A stretch of DNA of 63,870 nucleotides, counting the filler, from Octopus bimaculoides (taxonomy: Eukaryota), in the NCBI RefSeq assembly GCF_001194135.2. It is 5 parts of 4 records of this genome, joined end to end, with 100 filler letters (N's around TTAATTAATTAA, not from the genome) between each part and the next. Parts side by side here need not be neighbours in the genome. Positions count along the whole stretch, not along the records: positions 13,044 to 41,122 come from NC_068989.1; positions 41,223 to 52,303 come from NC_069007.1; 3 more parts are not named here. One strand, written 5' to 3'. The notes under the pieces were generated by a model. It was not told where the DNA came from. It worked only from the letters and a program-made list of their open reading frames with translations, and did no database searches. The stretch's first letter is position 1; each line of letters opens with the position of its first letter. The position numbers and the translations under genes are program-made. This document shows positions 36,634 to 48,345 of the stretch, one piece after another.

Positions 36634-38879
36634 AAGTTCTTTTCAACGTGTACCATTTATTCAATAAATGACTCGTTTAGTAGAATGGTTTGCTTTCAAG
36701 GCATTAATTAAATACGGGGGTTTTTTTTTCCACAAAAATGTAAATACCATTATGTAAATTGTGTTGCCATGTACATGTATTGTCAGTTGATTAGCTACAT
36801 AATTTTTTTAATTACTTTAATTACATTTCATTTAAATGCTGTAAATAATATTTATGGTATTTAAATGAAATGTGACATTTTCCCTCGTCAAAAACTGTAG
36901 ACTTTGCCATTTGACTTGGAAGTGATTGCTTCTGTATAAATTCGATTCGGCTGAAATCCATTTGTGACTAAAACTTCGATGTGACACATTTTACATAAAC
37001 ATTAAATTTGTGGGTAATACTTTTTCTTTTTTTCTTATATTTGAGAATTGAGCAAATTTTACGAGTAAAAAAACTTGTCACAGATATGAGACCATATTTC
37101 TAATCCCTACGGTATAATGAATTTTAAAAAATAAAGTATTTTCCATTATTAAGAATCTGGGACATAACTCATTTTTTCTCTTTAAATTATGATGCATTTA
37201 ATTTAAATATCAACGTCTTTGAATTGACTGTTTTCTATCGTAGAAAAGACGTGATCTCAAACGGATTCATCGGGAAAGAAATTTATGAAATTAATTTGTC
37301 ATTCGCTCAAACTTGAAAAACGAGAAATCGTAGCTATAAATAAATTTGGGTTGCTGACAATGAAGTTCTTTTTGTTAGCAGCTTGCATTATACCGTACTG
37401 CTGTGATGCCCGTCACTCGCCATCGGCCGTGGTAATTCCAGGAGTGTGTTGGTCTGATTCAGTAGGTTCCCGTTGCACCTTGTGAGGTGTGACCGATTAG
37501 TGTTGAATATCTTTTTTTTTGGGGCTCATGATTGTGTTTTCTTCGGTTTTGGATTTGTATTTTAATGTGGAATATTTGTGTAATAAAGTAAGCTGTAATA
37601 ACTGTAAAATGAAAAATTGTGATTCGAAGAACTTTTTTTCTACATCATCTAATAATATAATTGGCATGAGCCTACATAATTTCTTTTAGTGATATCGAAC
37701 AAGCGAGGCCTTCTGTTCCATTTAACCTGTGCAACTTTATTTTCGATGTTTGCTGTGGCTTAATTCTTGAATCTTCCTCCATGTTTATTTCTTTTTTCTT
37801 TCTACCGCCATCTTGTCATTTCTATTCACTCGTTTTACAAAACAGCAGCTCGACTTTTCATTTAAGTTATAGATAATAAAGATTTCTTTTGAAGATTTTT
37901 GCACTATAATCTACAGCGAGCTCTAAACACCATGTTTATGTGTTTGTTTTTGTGTGTTATTTATATTAGGTGTTATTCGTACAAGCTGCACATAGAACAT
38001 GGTCGTCCAGCAATAAATGTAATCTTTATATTTATTGGAAGCCACTTAAAATCACAGATAATACTAGTGGCTACGAAACTCTTTTATTTGCTTTATGTTA
38101 TCAGTTGCTTATTGCGATAGAAAAGGCTTATTTTCAAAGAGATCACAAAAGTGTCTTCCATATATGTGTGTATAGATATATATGTGCGTCTTGAGAAAAA
38201 TATTTAGTAACAACTATTGAGAATTATCGAAATAAAAGGTTTTTTAAAAAGCAATTTTAAAATATTTCTGGCAAATACAATCAATTTTTTAAAATGATTT
38301 TGAGTCAGTTGTTTCTTTCATATAAATGATTTTACGTGCCAACGCAGGAGCCTTTCTGAGGTCGTTTGACGTCGAAGAAATAGCTACAATTTCCCTCGAC
38401 TCACACACTACGATTTTTTTTTAATGCTAATAATGTCCTATATACATTATGTCTGGGTGTGAAATGATAAGATTCTCATGGCTGGATTACTTTTAACCAC
38501 ATTTCTGCTGAATCAAGGCTAATTTTGTCTGATTGTGCCCCTAAGTGGTCGCTAGAAATAGCTGTCAAATACCCCACCAATCATCTTTGAAAAAAGACAT
38601 TAGATAGTAGTCTAGATACACTATATCTGAATAAAAATAGATGGGATAATCACGGTTATAGATTGCTGATTGATATTTATTACGTTTTATGTTTGTCAAT
38701 TTTGATTTTTTTAGTGAGGGTAGAAATATAAATATGAATATAATTTAAAAACATATCAGTTATTTTTAAATATGGCTTAATTATTTAAATACTAAAGTAA
38801 TTTCTAAAATTTATATTTCTTTCAATTATTAAAACCTGTTTGAATTTTGTTTTATAATAATTGGAAAAAAAATTGCGTT

Positions 38880-40605
38880 AATGTTGACATTATTACCCGG
38901 AAACAAAATCGAAAGAAAAAAAATAGTGCAACGAGTATTAAAAAAAAAGGTGTATGAAACGAATATGAAAACAAAAATGCCCGGAAAGCAACAGGGTGGG
39001 GGAGGCCTTCGGAAAATTCACAACATCTAATGTTTTTCCCTCATAACTTTTCGGAAAATGGGAGTTTTTTAATGAAATTTTATATAAATACCTCTCAAAC
39101 GATATAAATTGTAAAGAAATTTGTGGGGAAAATCTTTTCTGAGGAGGTGGGGTGAAGACTTCGGAAGATTCAGAAGATCCGAGTTTTTNNNNNNNNNNNN
39201 NNNNNNNNNNNNNNNNNNNNNNNNNNNNNNNNNNNNNNNNNNNNNNNNNNNNNNNNNNNNNNNNNNNNNNNNNNNNNNNNNNNNNNNNNNNNNNNNNNNN
39301 NNNNNNNNNNNNNNNNNNNNNNNNNNNNNNNNNNNNNNNNNNNNNNNNNNNNNNNNNNNNNNNNNNNNNNNNNNNNNNNNNNNNNNNNNNNNNNNNNNNN
39401 NNNNNNNNNNNNNNNNNNNNNNNNNNNNNNNNNNNNNNNNNNNNNNNNNNNNNNNNNNNNNNNNNNNNNNNNNNNNNNNNNNNNNNNNNNNNNNNNNNNN
39501 NNNNNNNNNNNNNNNNNNNNNNNNNNNNNNNNNNNNNNNNNNNNNNNNNNNNNNNNNNNNNNNNNNNNNNNNNNNNNNNNNNNNNNNNNNNNNNNNNNNN
39601 NNNNNNNNNNNNNNNNNNNNNNNNNNNNNNNNNNNNNNNNNNNNNNNNNNNNNNNNNNNNNNNNNNNNNNNNNNNNNNNNNNNNNNNNNNNNNNNNNNNN
39701 NNNNNNNNNNNNNNNNNNNNNNNNNNNNNNNNNNNNNNNNNNNNNNNNNNNNNNNNNNNNNNNNNNNNNNNNNNNNNNNNNNNNNNNNNNNNNNNNNNNN
39801 NNNNNNNNNNNNNNNNNNNNNNNNNNNNNNNNNNNNNNNNNNNNNNNNNNNNNNNNNNNNNNNNNNNNNNNNNNNNNNNNNNNNNNNNNNNNNNNNNNNN
39901 NNNNNNNNNNNNNNNNNNNNNNNNNNNNNNNNNNNNNNNNNNNNNNNNNNNNNNNNNNNNNNNNNNNNNNNNNNNNNNNNNNNNNNNNNNNNNNNNNNNN
40001 NNNNNAAAACTCGAATCTCGTGAATTTTCCGAAGTCCTCTCCTCCCCTTCCCTGTTGCTTTCCGCACATTTTTGTTTCCAGATTCGATTCCTTCGTGGGT
40101 GTGTGAATTTTTCGAAGTCCTCTTCCCACCCCCTCAGAAAAGATTTTCCCCACAAATTTCTTTATAATCGTAATCTATTGGGTTGTCCGGAAAGTTCGTG
40201 CCGATTTTTAAAGGAAAGAAAAAGGTCAATAAATATTTGCCATTACATTTTTAATCAACCAAATATGCACAATGCGTCTCCATCTTTCCCTGAAAATATC
40301 CTCTTCCCAGAATTGAGGTGGTTTCATGGCAAATAAGTCGAAAGGTAAGCTACTATAAATCGGCACGAACTTTCCGGACAACCCAATATATCATTTGAAA
40401 GGTATTTATATAAAATTTCATTAAAAAGAAAAACATTTTCAAGTTATGAGAGAAAAACATCGGATGTTCTGAATTTTCTGTAGTGGTTGCTTTCCGGACA
40501 TTTTTGTTTTCATATCCCTTTCCTACACTTTTTGTTACGCCCGTTGCACTATTTTTTCTTTTCTTTTTTTTTTCGATTTCGTTTCCGGGTAATAATATCA
40601 ACATT
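38880..40605. mobile_element. Foldback-like element: long modular inverted arms flanking a gap
   Basis: Left arm 38880-39188 is an inverted homologue of 40006-40605 (e.g. ATTATTACCCGGAAAC vs GTTTCCGGGTAATAAT). Internal subrepeats are present. Confidence 0.7.
40178..40386. mobile_element. Mariner-type MITE (209 bp), TA TSD, perfect 30-bp TIR
   Basis: TA-TTGGGTTGTCCGGAAAGTTCGTGCCGATTT...AAATCGGCACGAACTTTCCGGACAACCCAA-TA. Confidence 0.9.
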
Positions 40606-41122
40606 GACCAAAAATTGTATTTTCAGTATTTACGACCTCTATAGGGTTACTTGACTTGCTAGGTAGAGATAGCAGCCAAATGTCTCTCAAATCGCACTAT
40701 AGTCTTACATAAGGTAAGACAGATAATGTAGTCTTAGATAGATTATGCCTGAATAAAAACATGGATAAGGCTGAAACGTCTTTGATCACGTTTGCTCAAT
40801 TGAGACCGACTCGGGGCTAAATAACAGCAGCTCGTATTTTGTTTTGATCCGAGCCATGACAGCCTCTTCTCAACATGGTTGTTCCATCCGCTAGAAATAC
40901 CAGTCAAAACCCCTTTAAATCAGATTCTAGTCTTCAAAATGGATATTGTTCTGGATATGCAAAAAAAAAAAAAAACGAGGTGGTCAAGAATGGAAAATCT
41001 TTAATCATAAGGCAGCTCGATTGGGGTGATTTGGGCCAAAGGAACAGTAAACAACAATTTTCCTTTGGATAGATTATTCAAATGACCTAGTTTGTGAATA
41101 CGTTTACCTTTTTATTGATATA

Positions 41123-41222
41123 NNNNNNNNNNNNNNNNNNNNNNNNNNNNNNNNNNNNNNNNNNNNTTAATTAATTAANNNNNNNNNNNNNNNNNNNNNN
41201 NNNNNNNNNNNNNNNNNNNNNN
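41123..41222. other. Synthetic scaffold linker
   Basis: N44-TTAATTAATTAA-N44. Confidence 0.95.
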
Positions 41223-41224
41223 TA

Positions 41225-41755
41225 TAATCGGGGATGACAAGAGGAAAGGAGAATGGGGAGAGTGAAAGGGAGGGGTGGGAGAGAATGCGGAGGGAGAGAG
41301 AGGAGCGGGAGAGGAAGCGGAGGAAGAGAGAGGGAGGAAGGGAGAGAAAGTGAATGGAAATGGGGTGGGAGAGCGGGAAGGGTGAGGAGAGAGAGGAGAG
41401 GGACACAGAGATGCGAAGTAGAGAGAGAGAGGGGTGGAGAGGAAGAGGGATGGAGGGAGAGAGTTTGGGGGGTGAGGGAAAGAGACAGGGACGAAGAGTG
41501 TGTGAGAGAGAGAGAAACAGGGAGACAGACATGGAGAAAAATAGGGAGAGAGGGGAAAAGAAAGTGAAAGAGAGTGGGAAGAGAGGGAGAGAAAGGAGGT
41601 TGAGGGAGAATGCGTGTGTAAGGGAGGGGGAGAGAGAGAGGGTAGAGGGACAGGGAGAAGGAAGGGATAGATAATGTGTGTGCGAGACAGAGGTGGAGAT
41701 AGGAGGGTGTTGAGAGAAAGGTGGGGTATAGAAGGAGGAGGAGGAGGAGGAGGAG

Positions 41756-41786
<31 letters not shown>

Positions 41787-41920
41787 CGGGTAAGATGGAC
41801 GGATTGAAGAGAATGAAAGAGGATTAAGAAAAAGAAGAGGAAGAAGACGAAGAAAAATTATAAGTGGAAAGAAAAAGAAAAACAAGACAATAAGAAAAAA
41901 ACAAGAAAAAGAAGAGAAAA
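41225..41920 (+). repeat. Polypurine low-complexity tract including (GGA)n(GAA)n
   Basis: Almost purely G/A on +; (GGA)/(GAA) run at ~41733-41785. Confidence 0.9.
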
Positions 41921-42084
41921 GGAACAATGTCGATGTGGAATTAGTATTCATAGGAAACGGTGATGCGAGATTGTGTTTGGAGATAGTGTCAGATGTCACA
42001 GGCAAGAATTGATCTAGTTTCTGTTGGAAAAGGAGAACAGAAACTAGCTCATACAAATTTATTCAACACGAATGTGGAAAGAAT

Positions 42085-42399
42085 AGGTTTTAATTGCAAA
42101 TTACAACATTTGTTTCTGCACCAGACACCAGCTCTAAATTGCTGCGTTTACATTTATACATCGTTGCATAAAATTATTCTCTAGAATAACTCTACAATTA
42201 AATATGATACAGCGACATCTACGTTGGCGCTTGTTCCATCAAGAGGAATGCTTGAAACACCAACACATAGCTGTCGCAGAATCATTTATTTGTAGAGTTA
42301 TTCTAAAGAATAATTTTATGTAATGATATATAAATGTAAAAGCAGCAACTTAAAGCTGGTGTCTGCTGCAGAAACTAATGTAATTTGCAATTAAAGCCT
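42085..42399. mobile_element. Palindromic MITE: ~130-bp inverted arms around a ~55-bp spacer
   Basis: 42085-42217 is an inverted copy of 42272-42399 (TAATTGCAAATTAC...CAGACACCAGC...ATAAAATTATTCT.TAGAATAACTCTACAA). Confidence 0.8.
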
Positions 42400-42954
42400 G
42401 TTATTTCTATCTTCGTATTGAATGAATTTTTATATCAATCCCATACAATAATGGAATCCCACATGTTTAAAGAAAATTACCCAGATTCTTTGGAAGAACA
42501 AACAAAAGAATGTCGGTCGGAGTGTTCAAATTAACTAATATCTTTGGCATCGACGCCATATTTTTAATTGATCTAATTTTGATAACTCAAAACTTTAAGT
42601 CTGAAACATGGAATTTGAAAATAGAACCCCCACCCCCCACTTCATTCCATCCCCCAAAATGAAAGGACTTTATTTCCTGCCAAATAGATAAGTATTTTTT
42701 TCAGTAGTGAATTATTCATTTTTCTTTTTAACTCTCACACGTGACTGATACGCGTGATACACGTGACATAAGTTTGACAGCGAAATAAATGAATCTTGGA
42801 GCCTTCTTGGATATTTAATATAATTTATGCTTTACAAAAATAAATAGATAAATAAATAAATAAAAAAAGACAAAAAATCTCATGGAAACTCATAGTGGCG
42901 TAAGTAAACCGAAACTTCGAAGTCACTTTCAAAGTCCTTGTCAAAAACACAGTA

Positions 42955-43402
42955 ATGCGAGGATGGGTTGAAAAGTTCATGCTAACATGCTGAGGCAGTT
43001 ACAAAAGACGCCCAGGAAAACTGACGAAACGGTTCGTTTCACCAGGATAATGCCCCAGCCACACAAATCGTTGGTTTCAATGCCAACTGTGCATGACTGT
43101 AGCTTTGAACTGGTTGATCAACCGTCTTATTCTCCTGATTTGGCCACATCTCATTTTCATCTGTTCTCCAACATGAACAGAAAAAAAAAACCTGACTGGG
43201 GACAAGTATCGCAATAGTGATGACGTCATATCTGTTGTTGATGACTTTTTGACCAACAGGATGATAGCTTCTTCCCCAATGGCATCCAATAACTGCAACA
43301 CCGATGGAAGAAGCGTGTGGACCGCAAGGGGGACCATGTTGAAAAATAGACTTCATTTGGTCACATTCCATAAAAGTATCGTAGTCAGCCAATGAACTTT
43401 TC
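42955..43402 (+). mobile_element. Internally deleted mariner with transposase C-terminus
   Basis: Reads FHQDNAPAHKS, ELVDQPSYSPDLATSHFHLF (YSPDL motif) and RWKKRVDRKGDHVEK*. TIR remnants GGTTGAAAAGTTCAT and ATGAACTTTTC. Confidence 0.85.
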
Positions 43403-43680
43403 TGTCTTTTTTTTCTTGGAATAGTGGAGCTCGAAACAAATGATAAATTCATAAATGGTAGCATATAAATATTATATTGTGAAAACTCTTTGGACAGAAA
43501 AGGTCGAAGGCGGTCCGCGGGTTCGAGCCTCCTTCGTGATCGGCTATACAAAAAAATGAATTATTTCACGTTCTATATATCTTTTTTGAAACAGTGGATC
43601 TCGAAATTATTGATAAAGCTATAAGTAAGAGCGTGTAAATATTGGGTCAAAACCCTTTGGAAAGAAAATGAGTTGAAGTC

Positions 43681-43750
43681 TGCCTGTGGGAATCGAACCC
43701 GCAATTTCTGAAGATATGACAGACGGACGTTCTACCATTGGATCAAAGCA
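43681..43750 (-). pseudogene. tRNA-like sequence (degenerate tRNA or SINE head)
   Basis: Minus strand TGCTTTGATCCAATGGTAGAACGTCCGTCTGTCATATC...GCGGGTTCGATTCCCACAGGCA. Perfect B box and A-box-like D arm; anticodon stem does not pair well. Confidence 0.55.
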
Positions 43751-45339
43751 ATATTTCGAATTACGCTTTCCATTTTAGAAATTTTATTTTTACCAGCGAG
43801 AATTGGATGTTGTTGNNNNNNNNNNNNNNNNNNNNNNNNNNNNNNNNNNNNNNNNNNNNNNNNNNNNNNNNNNNNNNNNNNNNNNNNNNNNNNNNNNNNN
43901 NNNNNNNNNNNNNNNNNNNNNNNNNNNNNNNNNNNNNNNNNNNNNNNNNNNNNNNNNNNNNNNNNNNNNNNNNNNNNNNNNNNNNNNNNNNNNNNNNNNN
44001 NNNNNNNNNNNNNNNNNNNNNNNNNNNNNNNNNNNNNNNNNNNNNNNNNNNNNNNNNNNNNNNNNNNNNNNNNNNNNNNNNNNNNNNNNNNNNNNNNNNN
44101 NNNNNNNNNNNNNNNNNNNNNNNNNNNNNNNNNNNNNNNNNNNNNNNNNNNNNNNNNNNNNNNNNNNNNNNNNNNNNNNNNNNNNNNNNNNNNNNNNNNN
44201 NNNNNNNNNNNNNNNNNNNNNNNNNNNNNNNNNNNNNNNNNNNNNNNNNNNNNNNNNNNNNNNNNNNNNNNNNNNNNNNNNNNNNNNNNNNNNNNNNNNN
44301 NNNNNNNNNNNNNNNNNNNNNNNNNNNNNNNNNNNNNNNNNNNNNNNNNNNNNNNNNNNNNNNNNNNNNNNNNNNNNNNNNNNNNNTAATATACGACGCT
44401 ATAGTAGTGCTTCACTGTATATCTATACTAGCAAAGATGTTTGCGGGCGGCGAACATAAAAAATTTCACCTGTAGGAAGAACATTAAATAAATGTACAAT
44501 CCAGATGTGGATAATCTAGGACCTAGGTTTCGAACTTTCCAAATTACGTTTGTTAACGTAAATTTGATTTGTTCTCTTCGTCTAGAATTCACCTGGACAA
44601 AATTTCAGATGGTTCTACTTCAATGCCAGCATACTCTTCTGAACGCCTGCCCGTTAACAGACCGAGAACAGTGAAAAAGTTTTCAAAGAAAAAAATTATT
44701 AAATAGTGCAATACAGTAGTATTGCTTCCCAGTAAAATAAAGCACCATCAGGTTAAAGTATGAATATAGAATAGTGGTATAACCAGCTCCGTCAACAAAT
44801 GTTGGTGCTTTGGGGATGGAGGCGGCTTCGGATCATTCTGGGTGGGCACAAATTTGTAAAGTTTCAAAATAAGCGTACCACTGCAAATCTGAGGGTGTAC
44901 CATTGAATAGTGCCGTCTCGTGCACCCGCTTAGCGACGGGCATGCGCACACACTTTCTACTCGCACCTACTTTCTGCTTGTTTCACGTTGTGCCTGCGGC
45001 CAGTGAGTCAACATGCAACGGAACCAATCAAGCGAGAAGGTAGTCTATAATGGTTGATTTTGTAAACCCTGATATCAAACGAGGCCACGTTTCAAATATC
45101 TGCCGGCATCTATTCACAGAAATTGGGTTGAATGTCTCGCTTAAGGAACAGAAACGAAAGAAAATAAAGAAATAATGTAAGAATGAAAGGCAATACTTTG
45201 GGCTGGAGGCGAACGCACGAACCGGTGAACCGTGTCACTGCATTGCTTAACGTTTTAGTTTCGTATGTCTTTATCGAGAAAAGGAGAAACAAACAAATAA
45301 ATAATCAAATTACATAAATATAAGTTTTAAAAAAACAGT

Positions 45340-45597
45340 GTAGGAGAGAGGGAGAGAGAGAGAGGGAGAGAGAGACAAGCAGATAGAGAAACAGACACAT
45401 AGACAGACAGATAGAGAGATTGATAGGTGATTATGTATGCATGTATATTTTTAAGTGTGTGTGTGTGCGTGTGTGTACCATTTCAGTCACTTATAATTAA
45501 TCAGTGTCTGAAAAGATGCCGATACACAGAGAGAGATGGCAGAGAGAGGGGAGAAGAGGGAGTAGAGAGAGGGAAAGAAAGAGAGTGAATGAGAGAA

Positions 45598-45652
<55 letters not shown>

Positions 45653-46441
45653 CTGAGAGAGAGAGAGATAAAGACTGGAATAAATTGACAATAGAGGTGG
45701 AGAGTGAAGGAGAGAGTAGGAAATAGAGAGAGAGAGACTGATGATGAGAGACACAAAGAGGGAGAGAGAGACAGAGACAGAATGTGTAAGAGAGCCAGAA
45801 AGAAAGAGGGAAGGAGAAAGAGACAGACAATAAATATAAGTAAATTACAGGGTCATTTCTTTTCATTTTTCGTTAGACAAACACATGTATACATGTGTAT
45901 GAAGGTATATATGTATACGTGTGTGTATGTGTGCGTATGTATGTATGCATGTGTGTATGCATATATGCGTGAAGTTATATATATATATATGGGTGCATAT
46001 GTGAGTGTATGTATGTATGCATGTTTGTATGTATGTGTGTGTGATATATGTCTACGTGTGTATGCGTATATATATATATATATATTGGTGTTTGTTAGAG
46101 ATAGTAATTTTATGACATCACACACACAAACACACACACACAAAACAGAGGCACACACACACACTCACACACGCACATACACACATACGCATATACATGT
46201 ACATAGCTAGACAGACAGAGAAGACTGACAGATAGCTAGCTAGATAGATAGATTTACACACGAATACATATTCATGAATGTACGCGTATAAAATTGTGTG
46301 TGTGTGAATACACACACACACACATACGCACACACACACACATACACACACACACACACATATATACAAATTTTTTTATATATATGCACACACGCATATA
46401 TATACAAACAACACGTGCACACAAAGATATACGTATGTATA
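45340..46441. repeat. Compound (GA)n, (TG)n, (TA)n, (CA)n microsatellite field
   Basis: Direct inspection. Confidence 0.9.
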
Positions 46442-47546
46442 TNNNNNNNNNNNNNNNNNNNNNNNNNNNNNNNNNNNNNNNNNNNNNNNNNNNNNNNNNN
46501 NNNNNNNNNNNNNNNNNNNNNNNNNNNNNNNNNNNNNNNNNNNNNNNNNNNNNNNNNNNNNNNNNNNNNNNNNNNNNNNNNNNNNNNNNNNNNNNNNNNN
46601 NNNNNNNNNNNNNNNNNNNNNNNNNNNNNNNNNNNNNNNNNNNNNNNNNNNNNNNNNNNNNNNNNNNNNNNNNNNNNNNNNNNNNNNNNNNNNNNNNNNN
46701 NNNNNNNNNNNNNNNNNNNNNNNNNNNNNNNNNNNNNNNNNNNNNNNNNNNNNNNNNNNNNNNNNNNNNNNNNNNNNNNNNNNNNNNNNNNNNNNNNNNN
46801 NNNNNNNNNNNNNNNNNNNNNNNNNNNNNNNNNNNNNNNNNNNNNNNNNNNNNNNNNNNNNNNNNNNNNNNNNNNNNNNNNNNNNNNNNNNNNNNNNNNN
46901 NNNNNNNNNNNNNNNNNNNNNNNNNNNNNNNNNNNNNNNNNNNNNNNNNNNNNNNNNNNNNNNNNNNNNNNNNATATAGATATGTGCGAATGTATTTATT
47001 ATGCATACACATTGTGTATAAAAACATGGTTCCCTCTTGTATGAGAGAACTTTATCTTAAAGAATCAATCGGTTTAATCAACACTGGCAAACATCGATCC
47101 AGTTGTTCATCACAAATGCACCGGCGTCTCAGTTTGAAAGTTCTGCACTGATCAGTGAGACAGCGGCAGCACCGGCACTAGCAGCAGCAGAGGTAACAGC
47201 CGCAAGGCGCAAATGAAACATTAGACTGAGCCACTTCACTCCCACTCCCCAACCAATAAATATACATACAGACATTTACGTGTGTGCGTCTGTACCTCAT
47301 TGTCTTCACTTGATTGCATTAACTGGATTTAGTTGCTATGTTACGACAAATAGTTTCGCCATTAGAAGGCTCTTTGGATCGAAAACTCATAGGTCCTAGA
47401 ATAGTCATTCAAAATGAAGTATAAATTTACCGCTTGCTAGAATCAAACGCCCACGTATTGACATTTGCGCAGGTTATTGTCATCAACCGGTTATTGTTAT
47501 GGAAAACAGATTTGTTATATTTAATGCATATACAGACACTCACATA

Positions 47547-48345
47547 CCGGCAGTGTGTTCAAAGAGTATCCGACTTTATTTCTCTCCCGCCATAACTAAT
47601 GCCACGTGGGCAAAATCCTTTGGGTGGGATGTGATACTAATCTCTTTGCGCATGCTTGAAAATTCTCGCACNNNNNNNNNNAGCTTCCAGAAGACTCAGT
47701 AGGTCTTTGGTGACGATGTCATGGTAAAAACTCAGATCAGGGAGTGGTACAACCGCTTCAAACATGGCCGCACCTCAATGGAGAGCGAGCCATGCTCAGG
47801 CAGGCTATCCTCAGGCAGGCTATCCACAAGCCGAATCGAGGAGCCGATTGAGAAGGTTCAGCGAATAATCTTGGAAGACAGTCGTGTAACAATGCAGGAA
47901 ATTGCTCACGAATTGGGAATAACTACAGAATCAGTGCAATCCATTTTAACAGAGGACTTGCACATGCAGAGAGAGTCGGCGAAGTTAATCCCCAAGGTGC
48001 TGACGGTGCAGCTAAGGAAACACCGCATAAAAATCGCTCCGGAAATGCTGGACTGTGCAAACGATGACCTAGACATCATAAAGAACATCATCACTGGTGA
48101 TAAAACATGGGGTTATGATCTGTGGTCGATGGGTTCGGTCACTTTGTGTGAAAACGAAAATTCGACGAGCGCGTACTACACGTCTCTACTCTAGGCGTAA
48201 CAGCCGGGAACTGACGCGGCCTACTGGCGCGAATATTTTCGTGCATGCGCAGGGAAAAGGGTGTCACCTCCCACCTAAAGGATTTTGTTCATGCGGCGTT
48301 AGTTTGGCGCGAAAAATAAAGACATACTTTTTGAACGCAACTTTT
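47547..48345 (+). mobile_element. Mariner derivative with transposase N-terminus and long (~120-bp) imperfect TIRs
   Basis: ORF 47721-48194 reads WYNRFKHGRTSMESEPCSGR, RVTMQEIAHELGI, SAKLIPKVLT (WVPxxL motif) and IITGDKTW. 47547-47671 is an inverted copy of ~48226-48345. Confidence 0.85.

Noticed and set aside
41167-42056. Long Ser/Pro/Leu-rich and Glu/Arg-rich ORFs
   Set aside because: Translations of a polypurine low-complexity tract.
43681-43750. Functional tRNA-Asp(GTC) gene
   Set aside because: Acceptor and anticodon stems pair poorly; kept only as a tRNA-like pseudogene.
44600-44705. Possible terminal exon (TTTCAG|ATGGTTCT...IIK*)
   Set aside because: No recognisable homology and no partner exons.
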